Assembly: GCA_024408565.1 (NCBI GenBank)
Contig: JAKSUW010000002.1
Location: 31,993 to 95,992, forward strand
Direction of reading: 5' to 3'
DNA length: 64,000 bases
From: Bacilli bacterium
GTDB lineage: Bacteria > Bacillota_I > Bacilli_A > RFN20 > CAG-826
The notes beneath the pieces are model-generated. The model worked only from the letters and a program-made list of their open reading frames with translations, did not search any database and had not been told where the DNA came from. Shown one piece after another: positions 58,975 to 64,000 of this stretch (positions are counted from its first letter, which is position 1; every line of letters begins with the position of its first letter). Made by a program: the position numbers and the translations under genes.

Positions 58975-59050
58975 CTCCTACCTTTATATACGTAGGAAGA
59001 GCATCTAAAGACGCGAATTTATTAATATATTTATAAATAAATATAGAAAA
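58975..59050 (-). repeat. Copy 3 of the ~75-nt intergenic repeat (inverted orientation)
   Basis: The reverse complement reads TTTTCTATATTTATTTATAAATATATTAATAAATTCGCGTCTTTAGATGCTCTTCCTACGTATATAAAGGTAGGAGG, collinear with copy 2. The forward strand also contains the exact 22-mer TATATTTATAAATAAATATAGA of copy 1. Confidence 0.6.
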
Positions 59051-59068
59051 TTGGTATATAGTAATGTT

Positions 59069-59806
59069 ATGCGTTATCTAGCAACTACAAGTTACTTTGG
59101 GATGAATTATGTTGGTTGGCAAGTTCAACCAAGTAAAAATAGTATTGAAGAAAAAATTGAGAAACTTCTCTCTTCAATTTTAAACGAGAAGATTAATATT
59201 ATTGGTTCAGGACGAACTGATAAAGGTGTTCACGCTTACGCGCAGACCTTTCACTTTGACAGCAAGAAAGAAATTAAGGATGTTAAACATTTAGTGTATG
59301 CGCTTAATCGTCTCTTACCAAAAGATATCTATATTAAATCCTTAAAACCAGTGCGTGATGATTTTCACGCTCGGTTTAGTGCGATTAAAAAAGAATATCT
59401 ATATAAACTTTATTTAGGTCAGGATCGTCCTTTCTATACAAGAACCCATATGATTATTAAAGACCCACTGGATTTAAAGTTATTAAAAGATGCCGCTAAA
59501 CTCTTTATTGGTAAACATAATTTTCAAAATCTCACTAGTAAAGAACGGGACGATAAGAACTTTATTCGCACAATCTATGATATTAAAGTGAAGAAAATAA
59601 AGGATGAAGTTATTATTACCGTAATTGGTAATGCCTTTATGCGTTATATGGTTCGTGATATCGTGGGTGAAATGGTGATGGTGGCGAGTAAAAAGAAAAG
59701 TCTTAATCAATTAAAGAACATCTTTAAAGGACCACGAAAGATTACTAATATCAAGGCCCCAGCGGAAGGCTTATATTTAAAGAAAGTCTATTATGCCAAA
59801 GATTAA
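59069..59806 (+). CDS. truA: tRNA pseudouridine(38-40) synthase TruA
   Basis: MRYLATTSYFGMNYVGWQVQP...GSGRTDKGVHAYAQTFHFD (catalytic Asp in RTDKGVHA). The track ORF starts at TTG 59051; the ATG at 59069 is the more likely start. Confidence 0.85.
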   Translation: MRYLATTSYFGMNYVGWQVQPSKNSIEEKIEKLLSSILNEKINIIGSGRTDKGVHAYAQTFHFDSKKEIKDVKHLVYALNRLLPKDIYIKSLKPVRDDFHARFSAIKKEYLYKLYLGQDRPFYTRTHMIIKDPLDLKLLKDAAKLFIGKHNFQNLTSKERDDKNFIRTIYDIKVKKIKDEVIITVIGNAFMRYMVRDIVGEMVMVASKKKSLNQLKNIFKGPRKITNIKAPAEGLYLKKVYYAKD

Positions 59807-60590
59807 TTATTGTTATCATTCCCACACTTATCGCTGTGGTCACGCTAAAGGAAGTGACGAAGATTATATTAAGGCTGCACTTAAGTTTGGTTTAAAGAAT
59901 TATGGCGTGTCTGATCACGTGATTTTACCTGGTTATTCGCAACCCGGAATGCGTGGGGCGGGTTATGAATTAGATGGTTATTTATCATCAATTCGCGCCT
60001 TAGCGAAAAAGTACGCGAAGCAGCTAAATGTTTATGTTGGTTTTGAATGCGAATACATGCCCGAGTTTCTTGATTATTATCGTGACTTACTAGCGACCCA
60101 TAAGGTTGATTATTTAATTCTTGGCCAACATATGTATCTAGAAGATATGAGTGTTCGTTGGTACATGGATTTTGATTCTGAAACTGCGGTCAAAAAATAT
60201 ACTGAGCATTTAATCTTAGGCATGAAGACAGGCTTATTTAAATATGTGGCGCATCCGGATTTATTTATGGGCTTTTCATATCATTGGGGCGAGGTGGAAA
60301 AGGCATGCGCTAAAAAGATAATTGATACGGCAATCGAGTGTAAGATGCCGCTAGAAATCAATTTATGTCACGCACGAATTTACGGGAAGCGAATGATCGC
60401 GGGATATTATTCTTATTACCAATATCCCTTTACGCCATTTTGGGAGATGGTTGCCAAAAGTAAAGCCAAAGTGGTGGTGGGATTTGACGCTCATCTACCC
60501 GCGGATGTTGCTAAACCAGGTATTGAGATTCTTGAAGATGTTATTAAAGAAACCGGTGTGAAGGTTGATTTTGATTACAAGATTAATTAA
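59793..60590 (+). CDS. PHP-domain phosphoesterase (histidinol-phosphatase HisJ family)
   Basis: CYHSHTYRCGHAKGS...VSDHV metal-binding His motifs. 265 aa. Confidence 0.65.
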   Translation: MPKINYCYHSHTYRCGHAKGSDEDYIKAALKFGLKNYGVSDHVILPGYSQPGMRGAGYELDGYLSSIRALAKKYAKQLNVYVGFECEYMPEFLDYYRDLLATHKVDYLILGQHMYLEDMSVRWYMDFDSETAVKKYTEHLILGMKTGLFKYVAHPDLFMGFSYHWGEVEKACAKKIIDTAIECKMPLEINLCHARIYGKRMIAGYYSYYQYPFTPFWEMVAKSKAKVVVGFDAHLPADVAKPGIEILEDVIKETGVKVDFDYKIN

Positions 60591-61249
60591 CGATTACCGC
60601 TTTTGATACGGCCGTTTTCCATTTTAATAATACGCTTCGCCAAAGCACGAGCTTCCACTAAATCATGGGTCACAATGATGGTGGTTATCTTATTCTTTTT
60701 AATAATATTTTTAATTAAGGAACGAAGAGCGGTACGGGCTTTAGCGTCTAACGCATTACTTAATTCATCAATTAAAAGAATCGGGCGATTTTGCACTAAA
60801 GCGGTCGCGATTTCACTCCGCCGTCTTTCTCCTAATGATAATTCATTGGGTTTCCGTTTTAATAGATGAGTAACATCGGTAAGTTTCGCAATGGCGTTCA
60901 CCCGTTTAGCAATATCTTCTTTGGTTAATTTGGGTCGGATGGTGGTTAAAGGTAAAGCAATATTCTTATATACGGATAAATGAGGGTATAGAGTGCTTTT
61001 TTGAAATAGCATACTCGCCATTGGTGTTTGGTTGGTTTTAATGTCAACACTTTCACCATCAATAGTAATCTTTCCTTCATCGGGTAATTCTAAGCCGGCA
61101 ATTAAACGAAGCAAGGTAGTTTTCCCACATCCAGAGGGACCCATTAACGCGACTGTTTCAGCATCTTTAATTGTTAAAGAAACACGCGAAAGAGCGTGGA
61201 TATTAGGTTCATAACTTTTGCTCACATTATCTATGATAATCTTTGGCAT
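60587..61249 (-). CDS. Orphan ABC transporter ATP-binding protein (no adjacent permease)
   Basis: GPSGCGKTTLL, variant signature LSLGERRR, LLIDELSNALD. 220 aa. Confidence 0.75.
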   Translation of the reverse strand: MPKIIIDNVSKSYEPNIHALSRVSLTIKDAETVALMGPSGCGKTTLLRLIAGLELPDEGKITIDGESVDIKTNQTPMASMLFQKSTLYPHLSVYKNIALPLTTIRPKLTKEDIAKRVNAIAKLTDVTHLLKRKPNELSLGERRRSEIATALVQNRPILLIDELSNALDAKARTALRSLIKNIIKKNKITTIIVTHDLVEARALAKRIIKMENGRIKSGNR

Positions 61250-61288
61250 AAAACTACCAATATTATAGCATTAGGTTAAAATATAAAT

Positions 61289-61909
61289 ATGGAGAAAGTT
61301 AATTATTTTTTAGCGGGCGAAAAGATTATTAAAGGCTTTACCCATCGTCCATCATTACTCATGCATGTTTGTTGTGCACCTTGTTCTTGTTATCCTCTAA
61401 CTTATCTTATTCAATATTTTGATGTTGCTCTTCACTATAATAATTCCAATATTTATCCTAGAAGCGAATGGGAATTAAGACGAAAAGAATTGATTAAATT
61501 CGTGAGTGATTTTAATCGTGATTACAAGGCTAATGTTAAATTAATTATTAAAGATTATAATCACGAAGAATTTATGAAAGATCTAGTACCTCTTAAAGAT
61601 GAACCCGAACGCGGTAAAAGATGTATTCTTTGTTATACAAAGCGGATGAAAGAAGCGTGGCAATACGCGGAAGATAATCATTTTGACTATTTCACAACCG
61701 TGATGACTATTTCTCGACAAAAAGACTCACAAGTTTTAAACGAAATTGGTAAGAAGCTACAAAGCGAATTTAAACACACTAAATACTTCTATAGTGACTT
61801 TAAGAAGAATGATGGGATTCTCAAGGGGCAAAAGATTCGTGATCATTATGGTCTATATCAACAAAATTATTGTGGCTGTGAATATAGTCAAAGAAGGGAC
61901 AAACAATAA
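61289..61909 (+). CDS. queH: Epoxyqueuosine reductase QueH (DUF208)
   Basis: LLMHVCCAPCS motif and further Cys (CILC, CGCEYS) typical of QueH. 206 aa. Confidence 0.75.
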   Translation: MEKVNYFLAGEKIIKGFTHRPSLLMHVCCAPCSCYPLTYLIQYFDVALHYNNSNIYPRSEWELRRKELIKFVSDFNRDYKANVKLIIKDYNHEEFMKDLVPLKDEPERGKRCILCYTKRMKEAWQYAEDNHFDYFTTVMTISRQKDSQVLNEIGKKLQSEFKHTKYFYSDFKKNDGILKGQKIRDHYGLYQQNYCGCEYSQRRDKQ

Positions 61910-61972
61910 CTACTTGCACCGGTAAAAGAATATGCTATGATTATTAAACTGATAGTTTAAGGTATAATTAAA

Positions 61973-62119
61973 ATGAGAAAAAAGATTATTTTGATTTGCG
62001 AAACTTGCCTATCACGTAATTACGAAACCACTCGCCCCGAAGGGAGTACCGAGCGGTTCAGTATTCGGAAGTATTGCCCGAAATGCAAAAAGCATACAAT
62101 CCATAAAGAGAGTAAGTAA
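61973..62119 (+). CDS. rpmG: 50S ribosomal protein L33 (not in the ORF track; 48 aa)
   Basis: [48 protein letters not shown] has the C4 zinc-ribbon L33 signature. Precedes secE-nusG as usual. Confidence 0.85.
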   Translation: MRKKIILICETCLSRNYETTRPEGSTERFSIRKYCPKCKKHTIHKESK

Positions 62120-62133
62120 AGGAGGAAAAGAGC

Positions 62134-62337
62134 ATGGTTGGTCCAGTTCAATACACTCGCCAAGTGGTCAAAGAAGCAAAACGTGTTCGTTGGCCAAAGA
62201 AAGATTCTTTAGTGTCCACGATTTTAACGGTAGTGGTTGTTTCTGTTTTCTTTGCTTTACTTTTAACTTTAGAAGATTTAGCGGCGGGTACTTTACTTCA
62301 ACAATTACAAAACGCCTTTAAAGGATGGGGAATCTAA
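62134..62337 (+). CDS. secE: Preprotein translocase subunit SecE
   Basis: 67 aa, single TM, KEAKRVRWPKKDSL motif. RBS AAGGAGG. Confidence 0.85.
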   Translation: MVGPVQYTRQVVKEAKRVRWPKKDSLVSTILTVVVVSVFFALLLTLEDLAAGTLLQQLQNAFKGWGI

Positions 62338-62339
62338 TT

Positions 62340-62918
62340 ATGGATAATATCAACGAAACAAAGCAATGGTATATTGTTAACACCTATAGTGGTCACGAGA
62401 ATAAAGTCGCCGATAACTTAAAACGGACAATTGAATCCTTAAGTTTACAAAATGTTATCTTTGACATTATCGTCGCCGAACAAGATGAGCCAGAAAGAGA
62501 TAAGAAGACTGGTTTACAAAAAGTGGATAAAGAAGGTAAACCCAAATTTAAGAAGAAGAACCTCTATCCTGGTTACATCTTTGTCGAAATGATTATGACC
62601 GAAGATAGTTGGTATATTGTGCGTAACACTCCAGGGGTGACTGGTATTGCGGGTAGCTCTGGTGGTGGTCAAAAGCCAAGTCCAGTAAGCCGTGAAGACA
62701 TGGAACCAGTCTTAAAGCGAATGGGCCGTGTTGATAATACGATGTACTCTCGTTATAACGTGGGCGATATGGTCCGCGTCATTAATGGTCCGCTCGCGGG
62801 ATCTGAAGGTAAGATCTTATCAATTGATAAGGTGACTGGTGTCTGCCGCATTGAGACGACATTCTTTGGCCGCTCGACACCAACCGATGTTGATTTCGCG
62901 GATATCGAACGGATATAG
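62340..62918 (+). CDS. nusG: Transcription termination/antitermination factor NusG
   Basis: WYIVNTYSGHENKV (NGN domain), C-terminal KOW (GDMVRVINGPLAGSEGKI). Confidence 0.9.
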   Translation: MDNINETKQWYIVNTYSGHENKVADNLKRTIESLSLQNVIFDIIVAEQDEPERDKKTGLQKVDKEGKPKFKKKNLYPGYIFVEMIMTEDSWYIVRNTPGVTGIAGSSGGGQKPSPVSREDMEPVLKRMGRVDNTMYSRYNVGDMVRVINGPLAGSEGKILSIDKVTGVCRIETTFFGRSTPTDVDFADIERI

Positions 62919-62925
62919 TTTGTGA

Positions 62926-63765
62926 ATGCGTGCATTTAAAACTACACTCAAGAATAAATTTCCAAAATTATTTAAAATCTACCAAAAATTTGACGCAAAG
63001 TTGTCGGCGTTTTTGCATAATCCAAAGAAAATGTCAAAACTAATTCAGTCTTCTTATCCACAAATTTTATCGTATCAAGAAACCATCGAAAAACTTCAAC
63101 AAGGCGCCAGTATCAGTCGATTAGGTGATGGCGAATTTAAATTAATCTTAGGTAAGAGTATATATTTTCAAAACAAAAACCAAGAACTAAAAAAACGTTT
63201 AGTCGAAATTTTAAATAGACCGTCGACTGATAAATTATTGATTGCAATACCACAATGTCATGCTGGGTTAAACTTCATTAGTAAACCAATAGAGAATTAT
63301 AGTTATGTTGATAGATTTTGGCTCAAGTACTATCGGAAAATTAGTAAATACTTTACGCAAAAGCAATACGCTAATGCTAATATTTCACGAACTGAAGCTT
63401 TTAGCGTTGTTTCTTTAAGCGATTTCCGATCGATTTGGAATAAGCGTAAAGTTGTTTTTGTTGTTCCTCAGGATGGCCATTTTGTATTTGATAAACGCAT
63501 ATTTGGTAATATAAAGCGTCCACGATACATCTATTGTCCGAAGGACTGTGCTTTTGACGCCTATAAGACCATATATGATAAATGTATAGCATTTAATAAA
63601 GACGTGTTATTTATTATTTGTGCTGGACCTACTGCTACCGTGTTAGCGGCTGATTTATCGGATTTAGGTTACCAAGCATTAGACCTAGGCCACCTAGCGA
63701 ATTGCTACCGATATTATTTAAAAGAGACCGATATTCCTGAAAAAGAATTTAAATGGAAAGCTTAA
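62926..63765 (+). CDS. DUF1792 / GT-D-type glycosyltransferase-like protein
   Basis: SRLGDGEF (R-x-G-D-G-E, the DxE motif at the N-terminus of DUF1792 GT-D domains), 279 aa. Confidence 0.45.
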   Translation: MRAFKTTLKNKFPKLFKIYQKFDAKLSAFLHNPKKMSKLIQSSYPQILSYQETIEKLQQGASISRLGDGEFKLILGKSIYFQNKNQELKKRLVEILNRPSTDKLLIAIPQCHAGLNFISKPIENYSYVDRFWLKYYRKISKYFTQKQYANANISRTEAFSVVSLSDFRSIWNKRKVVFVVPQDGHFVFDKRIFGNIKRPRYIYCPKDCAFDAYKTIYDKCIAFNKDVLFIICAGPTATVLAADLSDLGYQALDLGHLANCYRYYLKETDIPEKEFKWKA

Positions 63766-63769
63766 TGAT

Positions 63770-64000
63770 ATGCTAAAACAAGGCACGATTATTCATGGCA
63801 AATGTACTTCTTATTCTAATGAAGGCGAAGGCGTTATTCATCACGATAAAGAAGTAATTTTTGTTAAAGGCTTATTAGTTAACGAAGAAGCAGAAGTAAT
63901 CATTAATTATAAGCGAGCGGGTATTAGCTACGCTTCCATTAAAAAACTTTTAAAGTTATCACCGAAACGGATCAAACCAAAGTGTCCAGTTGCGACGGCG
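63770..64000 (+). CDS. TRAM-domain RNA (uracil-5-)-methyltransferase (RlmD/RumA-like), N-terminal part; continues past window end
   Basis: MLKQGTIIHGKCTSYSNEGEGVIHHDKEVIFVKGLLVNEEAEVIINYKR... is a TRAM OB-fold, followed by the start of a Cys cluster (KPKCPVATA). Confidence 0.55.
   Translation, partial: MLKQGTIIHGKCTSYSNEGEGVIHHDKEVIFVKGLLVNEEAEVIINYKRAGISYASIKKLLKLSPKRIKPKCPVATA

Noticed and set aside
60603-61214. Plus-strand ORFs 60603..60869 and 61032..61214
   Set aside because: Antisense to the well-supported ABC ATPase gene.
1-64000. Searched the window for CRISPR arrays, tRNA/rRNA genes and tmRNA/RNase P/SRP RNAs
   Set aside because: No regularly spaced direct repeats, no GTTCGAATC-type T-loop motifs, and no sufficiently long structured non-coding stretch. 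The only GC-rich non-coding segment (2036-2290) is too short and too irregular for these RNAs.
1-64000. Considered translation table 4 (UGA=Trp, Mycoplasma-type)
   Set aside because: TGA terminates several well-defined genes (ychF, feoA, feoB, sufS), and long ORFs are intact under the standard code, so this is table 11.

Overview
This is an AT-rich (~36% GC) chromosomal segment from a low-GC Firmicutes/Tenericutes-type genome. The genetic code is standard: TGA is used as a stop (feoB, ychF), and there are many 4-nt ATGA stop/start overlaps. The lipobox pattern '...SCG' and the mix of rpoE, rsmI, yaaT, gdpP and walJ suggest an Acholeplasma-like or Erysipelotrichia-like organism.

Most of the window is conserved housekeeping synteny:
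- ychF-ispF-argS
- rpoE-fba-suhB-like
- feoA-feoB plus a small Cys-rich gene, divergent from a DtxR/MntR-family regulator
- dnaX-ybaB-recR-tmk-holB-yaaT-rsmI on the minus strand
- sufC-D-S-U-B
- rpsF-ssb-rpsR, then gdpP-rplI-dnaB(helicase)-walJ-like-rlmH
- rpmE, metG, degV
- comEB-ecfA1-ecfA2-ecfT
- truA, queH, and rpmG-secE-nusG

I found no rRNA, tRNA, CRISPR array, integrase or transposase.

Accessory or unusual content:
1. A divergent control region and ~400-nt leader upstream of two MacB-type fused ABC-ATPase/FtsX-like permeases. It holds micro-ORFs and GC-rich hairpins.
2. A ~75-nt repeat present three times. It ends in an SD-like GGAGG and looks like a mobile promoter/5'UTR cassette.
3. 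Three secreted or lipoprotein glycan-processing enzymes: a beta-helix hydrolase, a mutarotase-like lipoprotein, and a 1173-aa NPCBM + clan GH-D lipoprotein.
4. A DUF1538 membrane protein followed by two P-II-like proteins.
5. Most notably, two tandem paralogous ~720/745-aa membrane proteins. Each has an N-terminal XRE-type HTH, one TM, an extracytoplasmic domain and a C-terminal ~9-TM domain of no family I recognise.
6. A GT-D (DUF1792) glycosyltransferase immediately after nusG.

Coordinates of intergenic motifs were counted by hand and may be off by 1-2 nt.
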